Below are positions 38,990 to 53,048 of a stretch of 64,000 bases of DNA, piece by piece (positions within the stretch are counted from its first letter, which is position 1; each line of letters begins with the position of its first letter). Origin of the DNA: Octopus vulgaris (Eukaryota); assembly GCA_951406725.2 (NCBI GenBank), contig OX597817.1, positions 29,016,001-29,080,000 on the forward strand. Reading direction: 5' to 3'. Made by a program: the position numbers and the translations under genes. The notes beneath the pieces were generated by a model. It saw nothing but the letters and a program-made list of their open reading frames with translations, searched no databases and had not been told where the DNA came from.

Positions 38990-39345
38990 ACTTTTGTACC
39001 AATCTTTTTTGAGTCGTGTCAGTAATTGAGTGCTGATACTTCCAAGCTTGCCAATTACTACTGGTATCACGTCCACTCTCTTCATTGCCCACAACATGCA
39101 TATTTCCCACTTCAAATTGTCATAGTAATTCAGTTTTTCTTCTTCTTTCTCTTTGATCCTGTTGCCATCGGGACATGCTATGTCAATTATCATGCAAGGT
39201 TTTTTTTCTTTTTCTGTTCCTCACAACAATGTCAAGTTTCCGATGTCTAATCTGATGGTCACACTGAATCATTGCATCCCACAGGATTATCCTCATCATT
39301 ATATTCTTCTTTGATTTTGTTTTCATGATGCCACACAAAGTAGAA
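38990..39345 (-). mobile_element. R4/Dong-type non-LTR retrotransposon, restriction-like endonuclease fragment
   Basis: ILWDAMIQCDHQIRHRKLDIVV / IIDIACPDGNRIKEKEEEKLNYYDNLKWEICMLWAMKRVDVIPVVIGKLG. Confidence 0.85.
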
Positions 39346-39422
39346 AACCTCTTCAGGTTTCTCTTTCTAATCATTCCTACCCCCATCCTATATATATGTA
39401 TGTGTATACATGAGTGTATGTG

Positions 39423-39467
<45 letters not shown>

Positions 39468-39880
39468 AATCTTCATCATTATCATCATCGAATCCCTTTT
39501 CCATGCTTGCAAGGGTTGGCTGGAGTTTATTGAAGCAGATTTTCTACAGCTGGATGCCCTACCTGTCACCTACTCTTACCTGTTTCCAACCAAATTAATA
39601 CTTGCCAGTGGCTAGACATGTTCTTGCTGAATATTGGAAATGAATGACACTGCCTTTATTACAATGATAATCAGTTACAACTATCACATGATCCCAAGGC
39701 AAGGTGACACAAACTCACACACACACATGATGTGCTTCTTTCAATTTCCATCTACTAAAGTCATTCACAAGGCTTTCGTTGGCCCATAGCTATAGCAAAA
39801 GACGCTTCTCAAAGGTACCATGCAAAGCTATAACCAGTGCATTATGTTTGTATGCATGCATGCATATATATATATATATA

Positions 39881-40045
39881 GGCGCAGGAGTGGCTGTGTG
39901 GTAAGTAGCTTGCTTACCAACCACATGGTTCCGGGTTCAGTCCCACTGCGTGGCACCTTGGGCAAGTGTCTTCTACCATAGCCTTGGGCCGACCAAAGCC
40001 TTGTGAGTGGATTTGGTAGACGGAAACTAAAAGAAGCCCGTCGTA

Positions 40046-40084
<39 letters not shown>

Positions 40085-40295
40085 GTGTGTTTGTGTGTCT
40101 GTGATTGTCCCCCTAGTATTGCTTGACAACCGATGCTGGTGTATTTATGTCCCAGTCACTTAGCGGTTCGGCAAAAGAGACCGATAGAATAAGTACTGGG
40201 CTTACAAAGAATAAGTCCCGGGGTCGAGTTGCTCGATTAAAGGTGGTGCTCCAGCATGGCCGCAGTCAAATGACTGAAACAAGTAAAAGAGTAAT
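39881..40295 (+). mobile_element. SINE family A
   Basis: Consensus match. Confidence 0.9.
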
Positions 40296-40884
40296 ATATA
40301 TATATTTATATATATACACATATATGTATGTATGTACATATACATACTTACATACATACATACAAAGTATTAACGTAGCAAATAACATATTAATGTTTAA
40401 CTCTCACTTTCAGTTATAGCAACCTTATCTATTTGTTTTATGGTACTCAGTCATCCTTGTTTTTATTTTTTACGACTTTGTTTTCATAAATTATCTCTAA
40501 AATTTCTAAAAAAAATTTTTTCTAAAAGGAATTTTTTTCAGTCTCGGCTGCAATTTTTATGTCTATTACTTTGTGTGTGTGTGCGTGTGTGCAAATCTGT
40601 GTTAAACACAGTGTTTGAGCAGAGTGTTTGCTGGTAGTTTGAGCGACTTTATAATTATTTGCAATACCCTTATAGTACAAAAGTAGGTAGATACTTTTAG
40701 TTTAGCCATCGAATTGTTTATAAGTGCTAAATACTAATTTAATACTTTAAGTTATTCAGGAACACTTTGATGTACAGTAACATAGTTGTCTTGTATACAA
40801 CAATTGCAAAATTTGGCTTCTAATACCAGTTCTGCTGCCTTATTTTGCCTTAAGTTGTATTTATGAAATACTGTCTAAGAATAA

Positions 40885-41099
40885 TGGAGATGTACTCGCA
40901 TAGCAAGTGATTTGATCTGAGATCATGTGCTGAAACGAAAACAATTGCAGCGTGGAAGGTGTTTGTAAGCCATTTAAGAAACACACAAAAGCAGTGACGA
41001 AAATATTTTGACAAATTAAACTTAAATGTTGAAGTGAATCGAACGGCTTTTGTGTGTTTCTTAAATGGCTTATAAACACCTTCCATGCTGCAATTGTTT
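40885..41099. mobile_element. Repeat family E copy, inverted arrangement, HHR truncated
   Basis: Matches 20160-20325; only gtgac-GAAA-atat-tt-tgacaaa retained; arms 40939-40992 / 41046-41099. Confidence 0.8.
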
Positions 41100-42602
41100 G
41101 TATAAGAATAATTAATCCGAATACACATGCACACACATATTTATGATTTTCATCTTGAACCTAATCTGTATTTCCTTTTGTGAAATTTGCATTTAGAAGT
41201 ATGAAACAGCAATTATTTTATTTGTTTTTAAATAATCATTAAAGTTCACATCAGAATTATCTATTTTCATCTTATCTAGCATTTGTTAAGAGGCACACAT
41301 CTTCCTAAGTACTGTGTATATGAATTTAAAGGAGGTATTTTAGAATTCAACAACTGCAACAATATCTTAGTCATTTCCTTCTCTATTGTAATACATGTTA
41401 AATATCATTAATAGGTAGGATACTAGAAATCATAGCATATCAAAACAGCAAATTATTTTTCAATTATACTAATCTCAATACTACTTATCAAACTATAGGC
41501 ATTGATAGATGAATAGTTTCATTGTTAAAATTTATGTTTATATCTAAATAGGAAGTTTTATTTCATTTCTCTGCTTACAGCAGAAACGTTTTCTCTAGAC
41601 TTTAATAAAATGTAATGTGAAATATGCAAGGTGGTGATGGTGGTGATAGCGATAGTGGTTTAGCTTAAATCTATTCTGATTGAACAAACCTATGATCAGA
41701 ATTCTTTTTGTTGTGCCCATCCTCTGATGGGGTCAATTTAAGTGAGATTTAGCTGTTGATTCTTGCAAGTCAAGCTTCTAATGAAAGTAGATGTTGAAAG
41801 AGTTTATACTTGCTGTACCTGTATGAGAATTACTACTATTTAGTTGGAGGAGACGAGGGCTTTCCATGATGTTTATATAACTTCCTCAGTTGATAGAGAA
41901 TTCCAAAGGAAACCAGTTCTTCATCGGAAGAACCAAAGTAAATAGCAAAGGGTTTTGGTGGATGAGACATAGTAGATATAATGTTATTTAATGGGAAACA
42001 CTAAGCTACTAGATATGAATGGAAGAAAAGAACTTGGATTCAACTCTTCAAACATGTGGATTAGTTTAGTAGAGTAACTCTTTTGGCCAAAATCTGAATT
42101 AAAACTTCAGCTACTTTTCAACAGGATATGCGATAGAAACACAAGTAAACACATATAGTAGTTATAACATGATATTTCACTGTCTGTACAATCTCTAGAA
42201 GAAGTTAAAAAAATAAACTTGAACTATAGAAAATAAATTTGTGAAAAAAATAAAATGGGTTGTAAGTTCTGTGATCTTTTAGACCTTAAAACTAATATTT
42301 TAACTACATAGAAAAGAAACACTTCCTGTTTTCTCTCTGCAGGGAAGTTGGCTGGCAGTGGGAGTGACAGGTTAGTTGGGTTTTTCTCAGCTCTTCAAGC
42401 ACATTAATCAGTGTATAATAACTCACTTGACCAAAATCTTTCAGTGAGTTAATTAAAACTCTGATGTGGAAATAAATTAATGTCAAACATTTGGAAGAAG
42501 AGCATAAAATAGCATGGTACAACTATAAAATAATTCAGTAAAACAGAACAACTACCATCACTATGTGAAATACCTGAGATAAAAGAAATTTATTTGAATG
42601 TA

Positions 42603-42604
<2 letters not shown>

Positions 42605-42662
<58 letters not shown>
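42605..42662. repeat. (GT)n microsatellite
   Basis: Pure GT run. Confidence 0.95.
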
Positions 42663-42664
<2 letters not shown>

Positions 42665-43674
42665 ATATGTACATACATTAATATATGTGTGTGCTTGCTA
42701 ACATGTCTGATTTTATGGTGTTTCTATGATCATTCCTTTCTTTTCTAAAGATCCTTTTTTTTTTTAAAAAAAAGACAGGTGTTTATGAGATTGTTGTTTA
42801 ATGCTGCTTTATTGCACATACCTTAAACAGCCCTTTATGTATTTTTAATGAGAGTTAGCCTCATCATCTCCCCCACCCCTCCTGTTTATCACTGCTTTTT
42901 GCTCATAGGCGACTTTGAGAGATTTCAGTGCATCAACACTTTTCACATTTCACTAGGTAAAAGCTAAACCGACTGCATAGTTCTCCCTCTTCTCTTATGT
43001 CCCTGGACCCTCATCCAACCTGCACATAGCCTCTCGCTCAAACATAAATCACATATCCTAGTTCCTCTCTAAGACATTATACTAATACTCTTAATGTTTA
43101 TCCACTGTCCATCTGCACTGTCTAGGTTACGTTTGAATCTCACACTGAAAGTTGATGTATGCATGTCTATATCCTCCCCATCTCTCTGCCACTTATCTTT
43201 TTCAACTGGATATTTGCTGTGGAAACTTCCATACTTTTTTTCTCAAATATCCTTCCACTTTACTAAATACATTTGCTTCCTCAACTGCTTTCTGGAAAAG
43301 CTTTTTGCATGTCTTTTCATGCAGTGATGACATCCATGTCACTTCTCTCAAATTACCCATGTTGACTTCAATGCTATCAACTCTTCTTGACTCTCACCTT
43401 CATCTACTGATGTCACTAGTACCGAAATTGAATTTTTCACAATCTTCAATTCACTACATCTATTAGTTTCATCTCCTACTCGTATACAAAACAGTGCACA
43501 GACACCCCAAACATGCTTAACTTCTTGTCACACATGCTTAACTTCTTCTCACTACAAATCCAACCTGTAGCAAACTATAACCATCTTCATAACTGAAGTA
43601 TTCCTATCACTGCTTTATCACAACTATCCACCATACATCTACCTGTTATAAATCTCCAACACATCATCATAGTG

Positions 43675-43955
43675 AAGGTGCATGGCTCTGTGGTTACAGT
43701 GCCAGGCTCACAATCATGAGGTAGCGTGTTCGATTCCCAGACCATGAGCAAGACACTTTATTTCATGTTACTCCAGTTCACTCAGCTGTAGAAATGAGCT
43801 GCAAATGAGGTGCCAAGCTGTATCAGCCTTTGCCTTTCTCTGGGATAATATTGGTAGCATGGTGAGGGAAGGTTGATATGCATGGGTCTTCCGTAAACAA
43901 ACTTGCCCAGATTTGTGCCCCAGAAGGAAACTATCTAGGTACAATCTCATGGTCA
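43675..43955 (+). mobile_element. tRNA-derived SINE (another family)
   Basis: tggctctgtggttacagtg / gttcgattccc boxes then gagcaagacacttta; related older copy ~57005-57300. Confidence 0.65.
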
Positions 43956-45261
43956 TTTTACTTTTTTTTACACCTCATCACTCAAATCTATAGCACTTTA
44001 AGTCAGCTGATGTACTAGAGACCCACCATTTCTCTGGCAGCATGTGTGTTTCCCCCCCTATTACTTGAGAAGCAGAGAGACATGTAAGTTATCCTATCCT
44101 CTTATGCATGCTTCTGCAACTGCCACTCACATGTAAAACTCCCAGCCCCAAACCACTCCAAGTGATTCACTCACAACTGCACAGTTGAAGTTCTGGCAAG
44201 AAAATGGCCTAAAATGTAAAAAAAAACTTTGCACCCCTAAAAACTGGATAAACTTTACCCAGCACTAGAAGACCATCATCCAAACTGCAAAAGATGTCTC
44301 TATGTGTCCCACATCCTGCAAGCTCTTCCATTTCCCAAACTGTAACTGATCTTTTGTGTCTCTTGTCAAAACGTTCTCCACCAACTTTGAGGAATTTTCT
44401 TTTCCTTCACATCTTAAATATAATAGGCCTGTAAACTATATACATGCATAGGTATCTTACCGATTTTGCTTCCCATTTGGTTTCTCCATATTTCTCATAC
44501 TAAATAAAGCTTCTTCATAAATTTTTTTTTTTCACTCAACAAAGTTCACCACCACCTCTTACTTCCAACTAACTAGGCTTCATCCCTAACAGTGTCAAAG
44601 TGCTGTTCCCTCTGCATCAGCAAAGTTTTCAACCATGTCTTGGAAGAAAATAGCTGCCTGTCTATAGGTTCCACCTCTTGAATTTGTACCTTCTTAGCAG
44701 ACAGGACTACTACAACATGTACTAATGTAACTTTCTCTGCCCCACACTACATCAATAATGGTACAACAATTACATCAATGAACTACTTGTCACCTCTAAC
44801 AATATGCAAGCATCACAAACATGCAACATAGACATTCACAACAAATCTGCACCGGTTCCTAGAACAGACTTCAAAAGCATAAACCAGTGTGGCCATGCCA
44901 ATCTTGTCTCCTTCAGCATTAAAAAACACATTCACTACACTGTCAATAAAACATTATCACATTCTACTTCCTTCAAAACATTGACAGCACACAACTTGAA
45001 CCCTCAATGCTGCTAAAACAAACTTCTAGGTCTCACTGTCATACTGTATTCACTACACCCTACATTCCACAAATCATTGTCTCCAATTCTTCTATAAAAC
45101 ATCAGCCCTCTGAAATTCCATCCTGTTTTTTTTTTGTTTTTTTTTGGGGGCTATGGACTTGAAGATTATTTTACCCTAGTGTCACTTTGATGGCATGCAC
45201 TGCTCTCTCACTCAATAATAATAATAATAGTAATAATAATAATATATTAACTATAACTATT

Positions 45262-45587
45262 AGTTAATATTAGCGGTTGGGAGGCAGTTGCCGGCAACCG
45301 TGGAGAATGGCGACGTACCGTAAAAGAGGGAATACAAAGGAGTGACAGAAAGAGAGAGGAGAAATGGAAAGAAAAGAAGAGACGTCAACAAGAAACTATG
45401 GCATTTCAACCAGCCAGGAACAGTCTACGCTACATTTGCTGTACCTGCCAGAGGGAGAGTTTGTCCAGGATAGGACTACACAGCCACAGCAGGAAATGTA
45501 TCAGGACATGAAATATAAAAGCCGGACTAGACTACTTTATGTGCAACTCCATTGTCTCCCGAGACAAAAAGGATGCCAACAACAAAA
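45262..45587 (+). mobile_element. 5'-truncated RTE (BovB-like) LINE 3' end with 16-bp TSD
   Basis: WEAVAGNRGEWRRTVKEG...YICCTCQRESLSRIGLHSHSRKC*, (caa)n tail; TSD attaactataactatt at 45246-61 and 45588-603. Confidence 0.85.
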
Positions 45588-46049
45588 ATTAACTATAACT
45601 ATTTCACCAAGCTCATTGAGTGTGCAAAGTCTAACGGCATAGCCCTTTCTCATGACCAACTAATGACAAAAATAATAAACAATAAGAAGAAACAATAAGA
45701 AACATTTTTTCTTAACTGATTTGGAATAAAGGACATCCATCCTGTCCATTATATTATGATGCGATACTTCAGCCCATCGTCAGCAGTTTGTTTTTATTGG
45801 GACATTTTTCCCATTCCTAAACCTTAGCAATATTCTTAATGCATATTTTCCAATATATTTTCTACAAAGTCTGTACAAAAATGAAATTCTATCGTATTTG
45901 AATTTGAGCTATTCAGCTGACTCCAAAATCCCTTCACTGTTACTACTGATATTTATTATTGCAACCCAATCAACTGTCAAAAATATATGTTTTATTATGA
46001 TGCTAAAATATAATTAATCATGTCACAAATCTCTTGAATTGTTTATTTG

Positions 46050-46075
46050 AGTGTATGTGCATGTATGTGTGTATA

Positions 46076-46106
<31 letters not shown>

Positions 46107-46129
46107 GTATGTATGTATATATATGCATG

Positions 46130-46166
<37 letters not shown>

Positions 46167-46224
46167 GTATATATATATATGTATGTATATATATGTATAT
46201 ATATATATGTATGTATATATATGT

Positions 46225-46316
<92 letters not shown>

Positions 46317-46638
46317 GTATATATATATATATATATGTATGTATATATATGTATATATATATGTATGTATATATGTATGTATATATATATATATGTATGT
46401 ATATATGTATGTATATATATATGTATGTATATATGTATGTATATATATGTATATATATATATATATGTATGTATATATATGTATATATATATATATGTAT
46501 GTATATATATATGTATATATATGTATATATATGTGTGCATATATGTATACACATGCACACACACACATATATAGTTATGTATATGTATACAGTAAATGAT
46601 GTTGATGATGATCTAAATATGTTTATGTATGTTTGTGA

Positions 46639-46680
<42 letters not shown>
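46050..46680. repeat. Compound (TA)n/(TATG)n microsatellite, ~600 bp
   Basis: Visible; source of six spurious ORFs. Confidence 0.95.
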
Positions 46681-47683
46681 TTGTTTATATATTCATGACA
46701 ATGCAAGATTATACTATTTCTCATCTTTTATTTACTTTATGATGTAATGTGTTCCCCCATTAGATCTTGTGACTGTCATTCATACTTTGAATTACTTTTT
46801 CAAACTTGAATTTTAAATGAAAAATTTGAATGAAAGCTGCATTGCAATTGTTCATTCTCTTTCTTGCTCATTCTCACTCTCTTCTTAGATAGATTATTAT
46901 ATCCTATTTTGTATAGTCTTATCAAATATTCCCAGCTGATAACACCTGGACCGACATATATAATTTGTTTGGTGGCATACAAAATAAAGCATTTCATATT
47001 TTTGAATGTGGAGATTTATGTCGCTTTGAATTCCCATGTTTTACAGCAATAAATCAAATGTATTCTTCTCAAAATGTGGTGTCAGTAACTCAGTTTAGAC
47101 TTTGCAATAGCAGTAATATTTTAGATTAGTGTTTTAATTTTTATTTCACACTGTTGACAAAAGTTTTTCTCCAATATTTCTTTGTTAATAAAGTTTATTT
47201 GTTAGTCACTCCACCTTTACTATTTAAATTAACAAAGTATATTTAATATAGGCTGATAAATACATAGAAAATTCTAGAAGTGACAACTGTCATACAGCAG
47301 TCTCATTTGATATAATAAAAATGAATAATAAAAGTTACTCAGAATTAAAGGTCAAGTTGTGTCATTTGTCATTAAGGTAAACTGATGCATTCAAATTTAT
47401 ATGCCTTGTTGGATTTGAAACCACTCAGTCCACTCTGCTGGGTTGTTGATGTTAGGAAGGGCATCCAACCATAAAATAGCCTGGTGTAGTTTTCTACCTG
47501 ATTGGCTCCTGTCAAACCATCCAACTCATGCTATCATGGAAGGTAGACATTAAACAAAAATGATAATGATGTTGGATTTGGAATTATATTCTTTGGTCAG
47601 CTGTCTAAAATTTAAGCTACTTTTTTTTTGTTTTTTTTTCTTCAGTATTTTAATGTTTTTTTTGTTTTTTTTTTAAATTTCAG

Positions 47684-47833
47684 TCCAGCCAACACTTAAC
47701 GCAGATTTGTCAAGTAGAGATAAAACTGCAAAAGAGGGGGATACAATAAGCCTTGTCTGCAATGTAAGTGGAACACCGCATCCTAATGTGACCTGGTATC
47801 GCAGGTCTATAAGCGACCAAAAGCAAAATGAAA
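47684..47833 (+). CDS. Internal coding exon, N-terminal half of an Ig (I-set-like) domain, lachesin/IgLON/DIP-like cell-adhesion protein
   Basis: Long poly-T tract + cag acceptor (47681-83), gtaag donor at 47834; 150 nt, phase 1-1, open frame xQPTLNADLSSRDKTAKEGDTISLVCNVSGTPHPNVTWYRRSISDQKQNE with Ig motifs EG-x-x-x-x-L-x-C and P-x-P-x-V-x-W. Confidence 0.9.
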
Positions 47834-48416
47834 GTAAGATTTTCTTGATGTCTCTTAAGTATTAATAACTTAATATTATCTACAATATATATTATATCTT
47901 TGTATAATTTACCTTACAATTAAATTTTTTGCTATATCCTGATTACAATTAAGTTGTTATATATGTATAATACATGTTTGTCTGTATGTATTATGTGTAT
48001 GTTTATTCGTTTATGTTTGTAATGTATATATTTCTCTGAATTTGCAAATAGATATAGCTATATAATATTGTATGTGTGTGCGTTTATGTATATATGTATG
48101 TATTTATATATGTATCTGTGTGGGGGGATGTATCAGCAGCCAATTAGCAGAGATGTTAAAACAGGTACTGTGTGTAAATCCTTGATTTTCATCCTCTCAC
48201 AGTGAATAACAAATGTGTTAAATACTTGGGTCTATTCTCTTTTCTAACTCAGCTAGAAAAAACTCTACTAAGGTCAAAGGTGGAGAGAGGTGGATTCTGC
48301 CAAGCTTAAAAATATGTATGACATGCTATTTGTCACATCTGCACCCTTAATGACACCACCAAGTTAAGAACCTTAGGCATGGTGTGTGTGTGTGTGTGTG
48401 TGTGTGTATATTCATT

Positions 48417-48593
48417 TATTTATATTAAGGGCATTACTATACATAAATACCTCATGCTAGGAGGGACTCTTAAAGTCAAAACTACCATAATAAATAAACA
48501 AGTTGTACAATGTTTATTTATTATGCTAGTTTTGACTTTGAGTTCCTCCTAGCATGAGGCATTTATGAATAGTAATGCCCTTAATATAAATAC
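48417..48593. repeat. Near-perfect palindrome (~85-bp arms)
   Basis: tatttatattaagggcattacta...ataaaca / tgtttat...tagtaatgcccttaatataaata, short loop near 48505. Confidence 0.9.
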
Positions 48594-48704
48594 ATATATT
48601 TAAGAGGAATAATTGATGGATTTTTCCCTTATGAGGTTTTTCACACTAACTACTTGATAAATTCTTATAAAGACTTGATCCTATTTTTCAATTATATATA
48701 TATA

Positions 48705-48840
48705 TAGTTATATGCAGTTAGATATGTGTCTGGCCATAGAGTGACCAGTGGTTTCACATACGTAAAGCGTTAGACATTATGGATGCAAAACCTTTGGTCA
48801 CTCTATGACCATACATATAATTTAACTGCATGCAACTATA
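48705..48840. repeat. Imperfect inverted repeat (MITE-like hairpin)
   Basis: tagttatatgcagtta..catagagtgacca / tggtcactctatg..taactgcatgcaacta. Confidence 0.75.
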
Positions 48841-49425
48841 TTACTGCTCTATTCTTTAGAGTGTGTGTGTATGTGCTCTCACGCGCATATACAAACCAAT
48901 GATTTATTTATACGGATTTCAGATTTTTCTCAAAAGCAGAAATAAAAATATGTTGGCTTTTAGTAATGGAATAGCAGTATGATTTGTCGTTGAACAATTC
49001 CATTGTAAATATAAAACTCCAGAAATATGGCATAACAAAGCATAGTGTTCATATATAATAACAAAATGCATAGATGTTGCTGTCTGTCACTACATGATAT
49101 TTTATCTATGTATTTCCCTAAGGCAACTCACTTAAGACTATATTCTTAATGAAATACATGGCACTGTCTATAACTCTTAATTCAATTTTAAAATAATCAA
49201 GAGTTTGGTAGCATTTAGAAAATAACTTTGTTGTTATTAATTTCATGGTTAAAATATAATTTAACAAAGTGTCTTACATAAAATTATGGAATGTTTTAAT
49301 TTAAATATAAACATTCTAAAACAGGTGGCTTTGTATCAAAAACAGGGACAGTTTCAGGCAGATTAGTATTGATAGGGCAAAAAAAAGAAAAAAGCCAGTG
49401 TCTCATAGATGTCATCATATGTTAA

Positions 49426-50143
49426 CCCTTTCGTTACTATATTTCTGACCAAATTTAAGGTTGTGGGAAATAACAAACTATCCTTTCTTTCGTTTTGTTT
49501 ACGTTTAGCGTAACGGTTCGTTTTCGCTGTAATGATTTCAAATAGGCTCATTCGAAAAAGTAAATAGAAATAGCCTAAGGCTTTACCCTTCTGGGAAAGT
49601 CTGTGGCTTGGTCCAGTTTCTGCAGAAAAATCACCGAAAGAAACAGTTTTTAAATTTTCACTCCATTCAGGTGCCAATTCGTTTTCTTTATCGCTATCGG
49701 AGATCTCAGATTCACTGTTTTCACTTTCGGAAAATGAAACATCAAATTCATTATCAAATACCATGTGCTTTTTTTTTCAGTCATAGAGTTAGATTTATGA
49801 AGGTCTTCAGTAGAAAATCCTTCGAATTCTGACTCGCTGCTTGATATAATGAAATTCGTATCCATTTTTTGTCAGAATTACAAATTTTGAAAACACAATA
49901 GGAACAAATTTCGAAAAAAATCTCCCAAAATTCACGGAATTAAAATTACACTTCGATTATTGTACAAAACTGTAGTTGAACTGTTTACGAAGTATAATAC
50001 GTGTTTTCACGAATGTACTGAAGAGATTTGCTCTGATATTCTCATTTAAATATGAATAGGTAAATTCGGGCGGCTTTGGGCGGTTTGGTTTCATAAACCA
50101 AAATTTTTTTCGGGCGGCTTTGGGCGGTTTGGTAACGAAAGGG
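49426..50143 (-). mobile_element. Internally deleted piggyBac element
   Basis: TTAA TSDs (49422-25, 50144-47); perfect 12-bp TIR ccctttcgttac; subterminal gggcggctttgggcggtttgg x2; frameshifted transposase N-terminus (SSSESEFEGF...FSAETGP...YFYLLF..IITAKTNRYA). Confidence 0.9.
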
Positions 50144-50643
50144 TTAAACTTGTCAACTTTTTGTTCATACTTTTCTCTTACTCTAACTTGATAACTGTGC
50201 AGCATTTCCACCAAGCCCACTAGATGCATTTGTTTCTATTTTCATTATCATCACTACCAGATCCTGCCCTTGACACTTCCTCTCAAAACCGATTCTTTTT
50301 AGAATTTTCTCTCAGCAATGTTTTTCCTGAAAATATTGACTTACATCTGAACTAGCTGAGTATCTATTGCATCATTCTAGGAGGGCCTACAAGTTCATCA
50401 GTACTAACTATCCTCTAAACTGCTAAAATAAAGTACCAATCAAGTATTGTAGTTGACACAATGGACTATCTCTCCTCAAAAGTGTGAGGCCTTCTGCCAA
50501 TGTTTTAAATTATTATTTGATTTAATCTTATTATGTTCAAATCCTACTGGTATCAAGTTTGCTTTAACCTTTACACAGACCCCAAAAATTTCAATCGTAT
50601 ATTGAAGTATCTTCTACTCACTACACCCCATGCCCTTCCATAA

Positions 50644-51033
50644 TCTCTATATATATAAAGCTGAAGCTATCTGTGTATGGCAGGTTTGTTAGCCTTCAAC
50701 TAACACTATCTCCTCCGAGTCCCTGTGGCGCAAGTTGACCAAAATTGAGAGTATGATAGAAGAAGGCTTGCTCTTCCTTCCATAGGAGAAAAATCAAATT
50801 GGACCATGTTAAGACAAAAAATTATTTACATCATAAAGGTGCTTTTTTTCTATGAAAATCCCTAGTTTTTAAGATTTTTTTACTTCTGTGTCGCCATTTT
50901 TTTGTGTATTTCAACCAGAAAAATGTTCACTTAAAGAGAATAACAAGCTACATAATGCAAAATTTTTACTTTTCAAAAATTCCAAATCTAAAGGGTTGAA
51001 GCAAACCCGAGCAACACTGGGCGATACTGCTAG
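50644..51033 (+). mobile_element. Non-autonomous Helitron
   Basis: A|TC 5' end, subterminal GC hairpin cccgagcaacactggg, CTAG|T 3' end, no TSD. Confidence 0.8.
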
Positions 51034-52420
51034 TAAAAAGATATAAATAAAGCCTATCTAAAATATGAACTGCTGTTTCTTTACTAATCTTCTTCTGATA
51101 TAACACAAAGCTATACTAGCAAAAATTCACACAGTCTACATGTTGGAGAAATTGTTATCTTAGAAGTGGTTTATTACTAAGTATATAAAAGAAAAGCTCC
51201 ACATGTAGTAGTAGTGACTAGTGAAGCTTTTACAGAAAAATAGATTTGTAGGTGATGGTTTTCTTTCTTTGCTCACAACTATTATCATAAATCAATCTAA
51301 AACTACATTTTAAAATGTTGTACAAGAAATCTATTATATTTTACATTTTATTTCCATAAAATATGTATAATAATTTCAAGGAAGGGGATTTCATCAACCT
51401 CAGTGGTAGTCAGTAACACTGAAATATCCGCAAAGCTAAAAGAATGGAACTGCTAGAAAAAAAAAATGTTTAAGAATTGAAAAGGAAATAAAGACATTTG
51501 GAGGAAAAGGAGATAGATGGCATCAGAAAAATAAAGGATTTAGGCTTTCTCTTTTTTTTCTATTTTCACCTCTTTTTCCCCACTTCTTATCAAAATAATT
51601 CTTCCATATTTAACTTGCAAAGGAGAAAATTTCCTGCTAAACCTTTAGCATATCTCATTTATTACATTCAATTTAAGATATCTCCAGCATTTTTCTCTAT
51701 TTACACTTCTTTTGTTATTGACTAATTTCTTAAATATATTTTTACAATCCTCATTTAAAGATCTTTAAAGTATATTTTAAAAAAATATTTCCTCATTAGT
51801 TTTTTTATTTTTAATGACATTTGTTTTTGTAAATATTTTATCTTAACATAATTTTATTAAAGTTAGGTAGTTAATAGTTTGTTTGTTTTTTGTTAATAAA
51901 TTTTCTGTATATTTTTCTTTACTTTTCCTTAGGTTAGTAATATTTATTCTTATGTGAAAGGTTATTACATTGCTGTTTCTTTTATATGTCTCTTCTACTA
52001 TTCAATAGAATTTATTAGACCAGACAAGCCAAAAATAACACTGAACTATATATTCAAAAAATTTTCCCATTTATACAAAGTTTATTGAAAATCAATGATA
52101 ATACATATACGTTGGCATTAAAAGATAAGGTATAAAAATCAAATTCATCCTGTAATAAAGGGAGAAAAAAATACATTTATGAAAACTAAATATTTTACTG
52201 AAGTTTGATAAATTTCTGACTCTCCATCTCAACCCCACCATCTCTCATTCTCTCATCTATTTTTCATTTATATGTTTCTCTTCCACTTAACTAAATTATT
52301 GCTATTTGTCTCACATATTCAAGGCTTCTCTCTCCTTTTTTTCTCTATGTACATATGAGAGAGAGAGAGAGAGCAATCATATGTGTGCAGTCCCCCACTT
52401 CTTCTCAATATATATATATA

Positions 52421-52772
52421 GGTGCAAGAGTGGCTGTGCAGTAAGAAGCTTGCTTACCAGCCACATGGTTCCGGGTTCAGTTCCATTGCATGGCACCTTG
52501 TTGGACAGTTGTCTTCCACTATAGCATCAGGCTGACCAAAGCCTTGTGTGTGGATTTGGTAGACAGAAACTGAAAGAAGCCTGTTGTATATATATATGTG
52601 TATGTGTGTTTGTCCCCCCACCATCGCTTGACAGCTGATGTTGGTGTGTTTGCATTCCCGTATAGAATAAGTATTAGGCTTACAAAGAATATGTCCTGGA
52701 GTTGATTTGTTTGACTAAAGGCAGTAGTCCGGCATGGCTGCAGTCAAATGACTGAAACAAGTAAAAGAGTAT
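52421..52772 (+). mobile_element. SINE family A (diverged)
   Basis: Consensus match with an internal deletion. Confidence 0.85.
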
Positions 52773-52819
52773 ATGTATATATATTTATATAAATATATAT
52801 ATACACACACATGTTTTGG

Positions 52820-53048
52820 CTCCTGTGCAGGTGGTATGTAAAAAGCACCATTTGGATGTGGTCATTGCCAGTACCACCAAACTGGCATGTAAAAGCACCC
52901 ACTACACTATCGGAGTGGTTGGCATTTGGAAGGGCATCCAACTGTAGAAACTCTGCCAGATCAGATTGGAGTCTGGTTCGCCAGACCTCAGTCAAATCGT
53001 CCAACCCATGCTAGCATGGAAAGCGGACGTTAAATGATGATGATGATG
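52820..53048 (+). mobile_element. Retroposon family C
   Basis: ggaagggcatccaactgtagaaa...catggaaagcggacgttaaatgatgatg. Confidence 0.8.

Noticed and set aside
46018-46747. Six long ORFs rich in Y/I/H/M/C/V
   Set aside because: Translations of (TA)/(TATG) microsatellite; the same applies to ORFs at 6050-6539 and 30753-31086
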